DNA of 63,375 nt, counting the filler, from Globobulimina sp. (Eukaryota), in assembly GCA_003354225.1 (NCBI GenBank). It is 53 parts of 53 records of this genome, joined end to end, with 100 filler letters (N's around TTAATTAATTAA, not from the genome) between each part and the next. Parts side by side here need not be neighbours in the genome. Positions count along the whole stretch, not along the records: positions 51,506 to 52,602 come from PIVH01023619.1; positions 52,703 to 53,799 come from PIVH01023620.1; positions 53,900 to 54,996 come from PIVH01023621.1; positions 55,097 to 56,193 come from PIVH01023622.1; positions 56,294 to 57,390 come from PIVH01023623.1; positions 57,491 to 58,587 come from PIVH01023624.1; positions 58,688 to 59,784 come from PIVH01023625.1; positions 59,885 to 60,981 come from PIVH01023626.1; 45 more parts are not named here. One strand, written 5' to 3'. Under the pieces are notes generated by a model, which was not told the origin of the DNA, did not search any database, and worked only from the letters and a program-made list of their open reading frames with translations. This document shows positions 51,644-63,375 of the stretch, piece by piece. Each line of letters begins with the position of its first letter. Positions within the stretch are counted from its first letter, which is position 1. The position numbers and the translations under genes were made by a program.

Positions 51644-52520
51644 TTAATGGCAGTACTGGGCATAGAAATGCCTTTTAAAAATTTCAGATTCGATTAAATA
51701 AGCAATGTTCTTAGTCCAGTCTCCAAGATTTAGCATGCTTTCCACATGGTATAAGCAGCTTATTCCATAGTCACTAAGACTATGGTAACAGTTAAGCACA
51801 TTATTCCTGGCTAAACAGAATTTCCTGTGCAAGGATAAGGCAGTTTCGACATCTGCCATATTGCTTCGAAATCTGGTCAGGGCTTGGAAGTTATTTCTGA
51901 CCCAAGTAGCCAAAATCGATAAACTACCCAAGCAAGAACGTTGGAATTCCTTTATATGGTCAGTTTTGCAGGCCACCTGTGGGGCGGAAAATGCTATAGA
52001 AAGGGGCTGTCGGATGAAATATGGGTCAGACTTCATACAAAATTCTTCAGGAACTTTCACATAGTCACAAATCCGTTCACACCGTTTGACACAATCTTTA
52101 TAGCGCTGCATGATATTGTTGGCTTCAATTGCCCGAGATTGTAGGCTATGATATCTGTGTTCATTTTGTTCAGAAAAGCCCGAAATAAAGTCTTCTGTCA
52201 CTGTCATAGTGCATTCTTTGTAGCATCTTCGCGTTGCATCCCCTTCTTTCTTTGCCTCATTTCGTTCTTCACTGCGGTCAGTTGTTTCAAAGATAAATGC
52301 AGTGCTTTCAACACTTGAATTACCGAATGGTGGAAATTCTGCAATAGTTTCCATGGTTGGTTCAGAATCTGTGGTTGCAGCTTTCTGCATATCGTTTGTC
52401 AGCACTCTTGCTGTTGCTTTAGTTCTAGTTGGTTCTGTTGTTGATGCAGTTGTACTTGGTTGCATTTTTGTTGTTGTTGTTGTTGGTTACGTTGTGGTTG
52501 TTGTCAGTTCTGTTGTGGTT
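51644..52520 (-). CDS. Thr-rich stalk plus Cys-containing domain, unknown protein
   Basis: More than 270 open codons with TTEPT repeats. Confidence 0.45.
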
Positions 52521-53036
52521 GTTGTCGGTTCTGTTGTGGCTGTTCAGTCAATGATTGATGATCAAGTTCTTTAATGATGTTTGACCATAGCATAGACTAT
52601 CGNNNNNNNNNNNNNNNNNNNNNNNNNNNNNNNNNNNNNNNNNNNNTTAATTAATTAANNNNNNNNNNNNNNNNNNNNNNNNNNNNNNNNNNNNNNNNNN
52701 NNCATGATCTGATATTCTCAAAGTGTGCATGGAAAAGGTATTCATACATAGGTTCCTGCCATCAATTCGTTTAAATGCTCATCGTTAGTTCCCGCAAATG
52801 CTACTGCTGCCAATGCAGTAAGTCCTAATAATGATTTCATACTTTATGTTTATACTAATATATTTGCAAAAGGGTATCGGGAAAGGAATGAGGAAGTGAG
52901 TTGCGAATTAAATGTAGGTTTTTTATTCAAATATTTAATTTTAAGCTAGTACTTCGAATTCGATAATCCTGTCAAATGCAAACACAACAACAACTCATAA
53001 TGAACAAAACCAATCAATCGTTTACCATCTCTGATC

Positions 53037-53799
53037 ATGATTGTTTCAAATAAAACTAAACAGCTCTTTATAGTGCTCACCTTTCTATCAGCTGCAGTAC
53101 GCCTCGCCAGAGCTGATAGCAAAGCACAAGTACAGAGCAACAATTGTGACCATGCTCTGCAAGACTACAAATTCGGCGGCGAGAATATGGGCTGGAAATC
53201 CAGTTTGATAACAGAAACGAAGCCAGTAATCTTCCCTTGCACGTATGAGTCTGGTGGAGCCAAATGGGTTCGACTTATGGTCAACAAAAAAGAAGGTCCG
53301 TTAGATATGGAAGACCAAATATTAGTTCTCATGCAAACAGGAATGTATTGCAAAGAAGGTTCGCGTGTCAATACCAACAAACTCAATGTCAAAGAAATAT
53401 TATGCGATCTAAAAGAGAAAGACACAACGTGCCCTGTTCAAAATCTTCGTGTTTCCGACACAGTTTCTGATCCATTTGGTTTGTACTTACTTTTTTTTCT
53501 ACAGTTTTTGCGATATTTTTCGTTTTTGTGCACAACGTACAGTTCAGACAGTGTGTGTTATTGCATACTGCCGCAACGAAAACACGGCGTGCAACGCTGA
53601 AATCCAAGTCGAATTTTATGACCAATTCGCTAGGCCATCGCAAATAAGTCGCATCTTTTTAGGGATGACACTCTTCGACTTGTTTGCGTGGCTTGTGTTC
53701 ATTATTTTGAGTTCAGTCACTTTTGGCATTTTTTACGGATTATTTGGAAAATATTATGAAATGTATAAAGAGAAACGTGCTTTGCGACGAAAAGAAAAT
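53037..53799 (+). CDS. Signal-peptide, Cys-containing single-pass membrane protein, two exons
   Basis: Signal peptide; intron GTTTGT...TACAG at about 53479-53542 joins to VQTVCVIAYC...; TM near the C-terminus. Confidence 0.55.
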
Positions 53800-54292
53800 N
53801 NNNNNNNNNNNNNNNNNNNNNNNNNNNNNNNNNNNNNNNNNNNTTAATTAATTAANNNNNNNNNNNNNNNNNNNNNNNNNNNNNNNNNNNNNNNNNNNNA
53901 TTAATATTGTACCATTATTATTTGATATTTATTCATTTTATAAATATAAACATATAAACAATAAAAAAGTGGCAAGCATTACGCACTCACAATTTTGTCA
54001 GAAGTCAAAGGTATTACGGTCGCTCACAAAAAAAGAAACTACCAAAAAAATCTATTCTTCGTTGGTGCAAACTTTATCGTCATTCGAGTATAGAATCATA
54101 CCCAAATTCAATGTTTATCACTATAACAAGATCGATGATGATATCAATGTATATATTAAATATACGCTATTTGTGTCCAATATGTTAAATTCAGTCATTT
54201 CAAAGAATCCATCATGTTTACCATTATTAGTTTAGCTTTTTATTACCATTTATGCGCACATTCGCATATTATACATATTCTAAATATAAATA

Positions 54293-54996
54293 GGTTGATT
54301 TCTGGATAATACCACCTAAAATTAAAGAAGTGTTACATTCAAACGTCGATGATGATGATGATGAGGACGGTGACGAGGATGAGGATGAAGAAGATGATGA
54401 TGATGACAGTGATGACAGTGAAGCGGAGGAGGCTAAACATGATACATTGACACTTGATTTGGATGGAAATTTAAGGAAATTTGAAGGGACAAAATTATGT
54501 AAAGACAGTATAGACTGCGACGAAGACGCAAAGTGTATGCGTATTTTGAAGAAAGTGTTTGAAAAAATATTAAAAAACTCGCGCAGATCGGTGAAAATAT
54601 GTATCATTATTGATAGGAGAGTGAAGAAGGACAATTTATTAATTTATCAGTTACCACTTAAATATAGCGCCATTCCACGCAATTATTGCAATGAGACATT
54701 AATATATTCCTCCTCCGAACACTTAATGTATGACATCGATAATTCGATATTGAAGCAATCGAGAAAGAAAATGGATGAAAATAAGGAGAAAGAACCGATA
54801 TTTGGCGCTCGATATGATTGTGATGGCAAAATGTTTTGTTTATCGTTTAGTTTGCATGAAACCAATCGGACTCGAATACAATTTTGGAGGCACGGCGGCG
54901 GCATCAGGTTCTGGCCGAATTATATGAAAACCATTTGGCCGAAATTGTTTATAAATCCTAACATTAAGAAGAAATATTTAGAAAATGATTATATTA
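54293..54996 (+). CDS. Hypothetical protein with poly-acidic tract, internal exon
   Basis: Open frame with a D/E run. Confidence 0.45.
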
Positions 54997-55096
54997 NNNN
55001 NNNNNNNNNNNNNNNNNNNNNNNNNNNNNNNNNNNNNNNNTTAATTAATTAANNNNNNNNNNNNNNNNNNNNNNNNNNNNNNNNNNNNNNNNNNNN

Positions 55097-56193
55097 ACAA
55101 ATATATTGTTACTTAATTAACTAAAATAGATACAATTTATACTCGAACTGCTCAAGAAATTCAACACAAAAATAAGATCATCAAAATTAATGTACATATT
55201 AAAGGGGATGAAATTTGGTCTGATGATATCTCTCACATAAATGATAAATTAGTCCTCAAGGCGGTATATTTGAATGATGAGAAATTGGAAAATATATTCA
55301 ACGCAATCACGACACATTTAAATAAAAAATATTATCCATTACAATTCAAAGTGCACGAAATTCACAATCAATCATTTATTAGACGGGTCGTGGGAGATCA
55401 TGTCATTGAATGGCGCCATAAGGAACCAATTACAAAGTATAAGAAACATGCAATCAGAAATCAAGGATTGAATGTTGTTGTTTGTGTGGAATATGAGCAC
55501 CAAATTACTGGACAAACTATTTCGTGCCGAATGATGATGAAAAAAAGAAGTGTAGATCCATCACAATGTCCCATTTATTATGCTATGAAAGCAGAATATA
55601 AATGGAATCAAGAAAATTTAAATCATTTACATGAATTCATACATTTTAAGAATGAAAATAAAGAAAAACCAAGATGTAAATTTAATGAGCAATGTCGTTC
55701 CTATCTTCGTCTCGAAAACGGAGGGAATGACATTAAAGATCGTTGTCATATTAAATTATATCGACATCCTCCAAGACAACGTAACATCAAATTGGCTCAA
55801 AACATACATTCATTCATTGTTAATAAAACAAAAAATAAAAATCATCCAATATATGAGTCTACAGAGGATGATATGAAACAATATGATTTTAATAAATCTG
55901 ATGGGTTTTTAAAGGCTCTGATTGATGAAGTAATTGTGAATGGGTATAAATATGATTTATGTCTGGAATGTGGACTAAATGAGGAATGTAATCACGATGT
56001 ATATGAACATAGTGCGTCAATTTTACAAATTGTGGAGGAAAAATTGAAACATCCTCGACATCGGACAATGGGGAAACCACTGAATAAGGGAGAAATGCTA
56101 TCGCTTGTTTTATATACAGGTTTTTTTTTAATATATTTATATATTTGATCATTTGTTCTACATTTTTACGTTATATTTTAGGCTGCGAATGTA
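55097..56193 (+). CDS. Protein with PBZ-like zinc fingers preceding a possible ADP-ribosyltransferase domain
   Basis: C...NHLHEFIH and CKFNEQC...CHIKLYRHP; PLNKGEMLSLVLYT then intron, then GCEC. Confidence 0.45.
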
Positions 56194-56293
56194 NNNNNNN
56201 NNNNNNNNNNNNNNNNNNNNNNNNNNNNNNNNNNNNNTTAATTAATTAANNNNNNNNNNNNNNNNNNNNNNNNNNNNNNNNNNNNNNNNNNNN

Positions 56294-56461
<168 letters not shown>

Positions 56462-56609
56462 TCAACAATCAATAAATATAAATTATTAAATTAAAGCGAA
56501 TTAAGGTTTGTTGTGGGTTTGGTGAAGGTTTGATAGTTTGTTTAATTGTTGTTTCAAAGCTAAAAAATCGATTCAGTTTTCCTTTTCACGCAGATATTCT
56601 CCATTAAAA

Positions 56610-56745
56610 ATTATTGGCTATTCACAATACATTAAATTCACAATATGCACAGAAAAATAATATGTTTAAAATTTACAAATTAATGTTAATTGAATGACGT
56701 CATTTTATTTTATTTTATTTTATTTTATTTTATTCTATTCTATTC
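56610..56745 (-). promoter_or_regulatory. Candidate H3 promoter elements
   Basis: CCAAT box (56613-56617, minus strand), TGACGTCA (56695-56702), adjacent (TTTTA)n tract. Confidence 0.35.
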
Positions 56746-57121
56746 ATGTCAGCGATGAATATAAATTTGGATTAGCGTTTATCCGATCCATTTATCGCTG
56801 ACTCATGCCTTGTTTTGTGATTGTTTCTGATGTTTGAAGTGTGACTTAAGTGAAAACCTAGAAACTGATTATTACATTTTCCTGGATTGGATCCACGACA
56901 TTTTTGATGGTCTAATAATATTTGCCTTTGACCATTGATATGATTATTGGTGATGCATTGCATTCAATATTAATATTATTACGCATAATGCAAACGGGAA
57001 TATTATATGTTTGTCTCCCCATCGACTGAATATTATAAGAATGCATCTGCACAACCTATTATTCATTGAGTAATGATATTAAATGGGTGGCATTTTTGAT
57101 TGATTAATAATTTATTAATAT

Positions 57122-57141
57122 TGGTGGTGTTGAAAAACACC
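57122..57141 (-). promoter_or_regulatory. Histone mRNA 3' stem-loop
   Basis: Minus strand GGTGTT-TTTC-AACACC-ACCA, about 60 nt after the H2B stop; 6-bp stem, 4-nt loop, ACCA tail. Confidence 0.85.
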
Positions 57142-57203
57142 TGGTAAAAAATAAAGAATTAATTAAATAATTGTCAGATCTGATTGATTAAGAAATAATT
57201 AAT

Positions 57204-57390
57204 TTATTGTGCATATTTGTTGACTGCTTTGCTTGCCTCAGTTTCAGCATGTTTTGAGAGCTCGCCTGGTAATACTAATTTGCAGGCACATTGAACTGCT
57301 CTTGCGTCCATTGTGGCTTTTTTATTATATTTGACAATATTGGCTGCTTCGGCTGCGATCCGATCAAATGTGTCATGCACAAATCCATTC
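57204..57390 (-). CDS. H2B: Histone H2B, C-terminal part (not in the ORF track)
   Basis: NGFVHDTFDRIAAEAANIVKYNKKATMDARAVQCACKLVLPGELSKHAETEASKAVNKYAQ*. Confidence 0.92.
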
Positions 57391-57490
57391 NNNNNNNNNN
57401 NNNNNNNNNNNNNNNNNNNNNNNNNNNNNNNNNNTTAATTAATTAANNNNNNNNNNNNNNNNNNNNNNNNNNNNNNNNNNNNNNNNNNNN

Positions 57491-58186
57491 ATAAAAGCTG
57501 ATAAGTATTGATTTCTATATTATTTGAGTTGTTTATTGGTTTTCAAATACAAATTATTATAGATATACCAGTGAAATTCGGTGGGAAATGATCAGGTCGG
57601 CCCCAGGCTGCATATCGAGTGAATAGTTCCTGTCCATTACAAAAATCAATTTCATTGCAACAACACGATATTCTTTTTGATGTCACACTGTGTGGTCATA
57701 TATTAAATTAATTGTATATTGAAATGTATATAAAAAATATACTCAACAGACAGCCAGTGATGCCGACACCATTTGCATCCTTAAGTGGACATAGTGAGTC
57801 ATGCCAACACTTGAATGTCCATGATTTTTCCGCATCGATTTGAGCGAGAAATATTACATTAAAATAGCACATGTTTGGGACATTGTTTTGTATGTTATGT
57901 TCTGAAATAGATAGAAATGTTAAATTAATTTGTAGAATTATACCAAATATGCAACTTAACGGCAAACATCCCCATTGCCAGGGTTTGCTCCTTGTGTTTG
58001 ATAATTGGAACAGAGGTCGGGGAAGTTTCTGCATTGCTCGCTTGTGCTATTGGTCCATGCCGGATCCTTGAAACCTGTGGGACTCTCCTTATTTTGCTCC
58101 CAACATGTGAGATATGCGCCCATATTGTATTGCGATAATGTATGATAAAATAGGCAAAGTATTACAATTAACAATTTCATTTTCAT
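57491..58186 (-). CDS. Secreted Cys-rich protein with three-finger-like Cys box, multi-exon
   Basis: Exons 58186-57961, 57901-57748, 57687-57569 join in frame; signal peptide, LTCW start, CCCNEIDFCN end. Confidence 0.65.
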
Positions 58187-58304
58187 TTCAAAGGGTGCTT
58201 AGCAATATGCAATATCAATAAGTTGACATGATAAAGATTTAAGAAGAGTTTTGCTCATATATCCCAAGAAAAACTTTTCAAATCCTGCATGGAACAGTGA
58301 GCAA

Positions 58305-58587
58305 ATGTCTTTACAACTTCCGAATACTAAGAATATATCTGATCGCTTTAAATTGCAAACAATAGCAGATATCTGTTGGGTGGTTGGATCGTTTTTGGCA
58401 TTATGCTTATTACTATTTTCATTATACATATTTGCCCTTATTCTGCAACAGCTTTTTTATGCAAAAGATATCCAAAAAGCAAGGGTGTATATTGAGCCAT
58501 ATGTAGTTAAATACTCGTCCGTTTTATGTGGTATATTTGGTATAATTTGTTCTGTTGCAGGATTTTCCACATTTCCTGTCTGTACAT
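58305..58587 (+). CDS. Multi-pass membrane protein N-terminus
   Basis: Two hydrophobic helices. Confidence 0.45.
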
Positions 58588-58687
58588 NNNNNNNNNNNNN
58601 NNNNNNNNNNNNNNNNNNNNNNNNNNNNNNNTTAATTAATTAANNNNNNNNNNNNNNNNNNNNNNNNNNNNNNNNNNNNNNNNNNNN

Positions 58688-59784
58688 GCCTTCGCCACGC
58701 CCATCACTGTTTTTGCCTCCTCGATCACGGATTTTTCCCCAATCAAATGCAACAAAAAATTGTACATTTCCCAATATATTTTTAACTATTTGCGATTTAG
58801 TTTCATAAGGAATTGCAAAAGATAATTCATTCCGTAAGTAAACTCCACTATCGCCTAGAACGGATTCATCCTTTAAGCCTCGGACTGTATAGATGTCTCC
58901 CATGCTAATTTTTTCAGAAGAATAAACTGGATCAACAGTATACTGAGCCTCAGTTTGGTTACATAAATTAAATGGTAATTTTTTCAAAGCAAAGACATAA
59001 CATGCTCCGCCTCCAAATGTGAATTTCTCAAATTGTGCATGAGGAACCGTGAAATCAATATTTTCTTCATCTTTTTTTGCATCTAAAATATCTAGACCTT
59101 TTTCATAATTCAAACGAGCATGAAATATTCCTTTATCATATCGATCGCTATACTCAGCACCGATTTTAGCGATAGATAATTTGCGACTTTGTGTGTCTAA
59201 TTTTACATTTTCTAGATAGCTATCCGTGTCTTTATATGTGAATCCTGAAGAAATTTTAGCAATGGCAGTTTGATCTCTGTAAATTGTTCGGGATAGATCA
59301 AAGCTTTTGCTACTAGTCTGTCCAGAAGATTCAAAGACAGAATTTGTGCCTTGGATAGGAGAAATATAATCTGATTTATTATAACTAAAACGAGTGAACC
59401 AATTTCCAAATGGCATCAAAAAACTACCAGAAATATTATCATTTTCTTTTGCTGAATCTTGCGTATTCTCTTGGTTATAAGAAATTATTAATTGATCATT
59501 TAATGATAATAAATTGTCTTGTTCAAATCTTGCAAAATTTTTCCAGCGACCAGTAGCCTTCTGTCCATAATTATTTGCTCCAACCCAAAACCTAGTCTGG
59601 TCATCACTTTCATTAGTTATATGGACGATGCTTGCAGCTTCTTTTTCTGCTGGCAGCAAATTAATTTTTGCATTATTCGAAGGCAAGCGATTCATATTAT
59701 CAATGCCTTGTTCGATGTCTCGAATGTTTAAAATTTTGTCTTTTTTTGTAGGAAATGCCATCCAGATTTGTAGTTTTTCTTTCC
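58688..59784 (-). CDS. Bacterial two-partner secretion outer-membrane transporter (ShlB/FhaC/HecB/CdiB family), partial
   Basis: POTRA LNIRDIEQGIDNMNRLPS, NNYGQKATG, DNLLSLND, YTVRGL...GDSGVYLRNEL, FDWG; intronless. Confidence 0.93.
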
Positions 59785-59884
59785 NNNNNNNNNNNNNNNN
59801 NNNNNNNNNNNNNNNNNNNNNNNNNNNNTTAATTAATTAANNNNNNNNNNNNNNNNNNNNNNNNNNNNNNNNNNNNNNNNNNNN

Positions 59885-60484
59885 TTTTTGGTTCGTCGCT
59901 CAAATAAAATGGTCATTAATAATACGAGCGGATTTAATAAAGGGGCGAAAGACGCTGAATATAAAATGATATTTATTATAGGCGTATTAACATTGTTTTT
60001 TATTATTCAGTCTGGATTAACCATTTATTTTGCACATTATACTTCAAATTTAAATATTTATTGGCGATCTTTTGATGTGACCACTCATTTCATTTGTTTG
60101 TTAGCATTATGTATTATATATAGACAAAATATATTACGCGTAAGTGGAAATGTATCGTTTTTATCAAAAACATCAAAAACAACAATTAGTTCATTAAATA
60201 GAATAAATAGTCAAAGTTCAACGATGACCGTGTTAAATAGTACCAGGACCGGTACTGATGGATTACAAATGATACAACGACGAACTCAAATGTCGAGTGA
60301 GAGTGGATGTGCTGTATATGATGGCATTGATAATGAATTTTCTGCAAATACGCCAAAGAATATAACTGATTTGGAGACACAAAGCAATGGCCATGGCACA
60401 GATATTCTTGAACCACAAAAAACTAATATTAATGATGAAACACAGGATAAAATGTATGACGTCATTATGAAAAATACAAATTAA
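59885..60484 (+). CDS. 7TM/GPCR-like protein, last helices and S/T-rich tail
   Basis: Two TM helices, then a Ser/Thr-rich cytoplasmic tail. Confidence 0.45.
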   Translation, partial: FLVRRSNKMVINNTSGFNKGAKDAEYKMIFIIGVLTLFFIIQSGLTIYFAHYTSNLNIYWRSFDVTTHFICLLALCIIYRQNILRVSGNVSFLSKTSKTTISSLNRINSQSSTMTVLNSTRTGTDGLQMIQRRTQMSSESGCAVYDGIDNEFSANTPKNITDLETQSNGHGTDILEPQKTNINDETQDKMYDVIMKNTN

Positions 60485-61081
60485 ATGACAATAAATGTAC
60501 ATACTAATAATTCATACATATTTCATGCATAATAAATACTGAAATAATTCATACACATTAATTAGTGTTCATTAATTCTGGTGTGTTACCATTTTATTCG
60601 AACTTGAAGTTCCAGAACAGCTGTGAAACTCGTTTGATTCTTAAAGTTTAGAAGATGTGTCTGATGTGATGACTAGCGGAATTTCGTCCAGTTCGATCGT
60701 CGAAAAACACGAGTTTCTATGTGTTGGCATGTGCTCAGAAATCATTTATTAATAAAAATAAAAAGAAATATGCACACAGACATTACAATATAAATGCAAA
60801 TCCTTATATATGATTTACGTATATTGTAAAACAGTGTTATTATGCATTTGCAGCAACAATTTTAACAGATCCAGTGGTCCATAAGGGCGACTACAGGAGA
60901 GTGATTCCCCCACAACTGGCTGCAAGTCGTCAAATTATTTAGGTTAAATTCCTTGTTTTTGGTTATTTTTCCAAATGTGCTNNNNNNNNNNNNNNNNNNN
61001 NNNNNNNNNNNNNNNNNNNNNNNNNTTAATTAATTAANNNNNNNNNNNNNNNNNNNNNNNNNNNNNNNNNNNNNNNNNNNN

Positions 61082-62090
61082 GCATTAAATTCATATGTAT
61101 TATATGTAAATATTTCATCCCAATACATATAGTGTCTGGATGACAATGTATTACATTCAATTTTCCTGCTCCTAATCATACTGTCTATCTTCTCCTTAAT
61201 TTTCTCATTCTCATTCTCCAGAAACACACCACAAATATACTGCTCATAAAATGTTTTATTTATAAACTTTAATATTTGCAATGTTAAATAATGCGGATTG
61301 TACTGCGACGAAATAATTTGAAACTTTATAATCGGAATATTTGCCACAGTTTCATAGCTTACACTCACTTCATATCCCAACTGTTGTTTTGTTCTCAATG
61401 AATCATAAAAAGGTTCACATAAAAGACTGCGCATCAAAGCGCATAAAATACCCATTCCAGAGTCGCTATCAACTGATTTATTATCCATTGCAAATACAAC
61501 CAATACGCCTTCATTATCTTCGTCTGATGAGATACATATTTCTTTATAAACAGTTATGTCATTATCTGCAAAGTCTATACATTGAATCTTACAGTTAGAA
61601 AATAATAATTTTATGTCTCGCTGATCTGAGTCGCATAAAAACTTATTTTCATTCAATAATGTTATATATTTATCATACAGCGCAATATTGATATTGTTAT
61701 CTCGTTTGATATTACATAAATCTAACAAATATTCATGGCAATCATCCACAACTTGCGGCTGCAGATTGCCTGTAAACAAACCATATATTCTTAACTTATT
61801 GGCATGATTTTTGAATAATAAATCTCGAACACTTTCAATCTGATTTATATTTAAATTATTTGTTGCAATTAACAGTTGATCAATGGTCATTGCTTCGAAT
61901 ATCATACATTTCCTCGCAATGTATGGCAAATGATCCTCACATTCAATAATCTCATTCTTCAAACTCCGAATCGATGCATTCTTCTGTGTTACAAACAGTG
62001 GTTCAGCCAATTTAAATGTTTTTATTTCATGTAATAACTGTTTAAAATATGGGTATAATTTCTCACAATAACCATATACTTTTAATATTA
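61082..62090 (-). CDS. M16A insulinase-family peptidase, C-terminal region
   Basis: EPFYDSLRTKQQLGYEV...FQIISSQYNPHYL...YWDEI. Confidence 0.85.
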
Positions 62091-62278
62091 ATCCTCGATT
62101 TCGGCGCGAAAATTCAAATGATAGCCCTGCTAATGTTGGTTGGTATTCAGGGAGCGTTTTTGGTGGTACTGACGCTGCNNNNNNNNNNNNNNNNNNNNNN
62201 NNNNNNNNNNNNNNNNNNNNNNTTAATTAATTAANNNNNNNNNNNNNNNNNNNNNNNNNNNNNNNNNNNNNNNNNNNN

Positions 62279-63052
62279 TTTCAGAAATCAGATTGTTATA
62301 AGTATCGTCCCAGGCGACGTCTTTGCTGATGGCTGGATTGGGCGGCACCCATAATGACGCACCGTTGTCGTGGTTGATTTGGATTTGCTTTGGCGGCGCT
62401 TGCGGCTCTTCGTCGGGCGCTTCTTCTTCGTCTGCCTCGCATACGATTTTCAACATAATTTGGGGAGCACTGGCATCGGCGCATAATGTTTGCAGTTCGG
62501 AGGCGTCACTCACTTCACATTCATCTGCGTCTTGGATCTCAAAGTCTTTATTCTGTAACGAAGCAAACAGAGACTGGACGGCATTGTGAAGTATTTGGAA
62601 ATTGTCGTTCCAATCTTTTTCGTCGTCGGAGGCAAGATTGAATTGAGCACCGTCTACCATTTCGATTTGGGAATTATACTCGATTTGAAATTGGATTTGC
62701 GGCTGTTTTGTTGGTGTGTGTTTTGTGTGTATATGTGCGGGATTTGAGTAGTATGCAACCAAACTCCTTTCGGTTTTGGGGTCAATATGATCTGAATGGG
62801 CGTGGCGCCTTTGTCTGGAGGTTTGATGGATGATAATGTTTCACCAAACGAGACTGGGTTGCTTTTATCAAGAAATTGTTCGGCTGTCACCATAATCCAT
62901 TCTTCTTCTTGCATTTTGGCTAAAAATTTAAATTTGGCGCGGATTTTTTTAAAAATAGCATTTAAATTTTTATTCCAATCGTCCGTTGAGGGCAATTTCA
63001 TTTTTACTGGTTTCTGCGTGGAGGAGTCGATGAAGCATTGGAGCTCCAACAT
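62279..63052 (-). CDS. Protein with repeated ubiquitin/PB1-like modules, spliced, partial
   Basis: Repeated DDWNKNL / KDWNDNF / AWDDTYNNL units; probable intron at about 62703-62762. Confidence 0.4.
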
Positions 63053-63375
63053 TTTGTGAGTATAACCTTTTGCGGTTTGGTTATGTTAATTACACAGTGG
63101 AAATAAGCAAGCAAGCGGCATACCTGAAGCCATACTTTGCAGAGCTAGTTGGGATGTTTTGTTCGACTGTTTTCAGTGTTTTTGTTCGAAGAATGTCAAA
63201 TCAGAAAATATGAAAAAACCTTCAAGACATGCCGCGAAAACATACAGTACTACAGTAGTAAGAGAAGATAATGAAAATGAAAAAGTACTTTGGAAAAATA
63301 ACAACGAGCATTGGCTGATTCTTCACAGAAATGTCATCGCTTGATTTATTTTCTGGTCATTGTACTCAAATGTTG

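Noticed and set aside
56860-56930. tRNA T-arm-like sequence between H2B and H3
   Set aside because: No acceptor or D stem is identifiable.

Overview
This window is not a contiguous locus. It is 53 short contigs (1099 to 1097 bp, in descending length) joined by an artificial 100-nt spacer (N44-TTAATTAATTAA-N44, stops in all six frames), so adjacency across spacers is meaningless and most genes are truncated. Most contigs come from an AT-rich eukaryote with short (about 50-60 nt) GT-AG introns; the gene repertoire suggests a foraminiferan or related rhizarian (inference). Host genes include Amt, TTLL, an HSPA12-like protein, a caspase-like peptidase, ABCB, two PZP chromatin readers, a C2H2 factor, PRMT, arylsulfatase, an M16 peptidase and histones H2B/H3. 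Mobile-element fragments include Penelope-like RT, LINE endonuclease, DIRS-like tyrosine recombinase, Helitron Rep, gag-like ORFs and MITE termini. At least three contigs are bacterial: an NDP-sugar epimerase, an integron cassette array and a TpsB transporter. Several contigs look chimeric. Most notable: (1) a Polinton/adintovirus-type DNA polymerase B split by two spliceosomal introns, one just after DTDS; (2) an integron array with an ORF-less, hairpin-rich cassette; (3) a histone 3' stem-loop behind a divergent H2B; (4) a spliced secreted protein with a three-finger-like CCC-x5-CN box; (5) two paralogues of an unrecognised gag-like family. All calls come from motif recognition by eye; no database searches were run.
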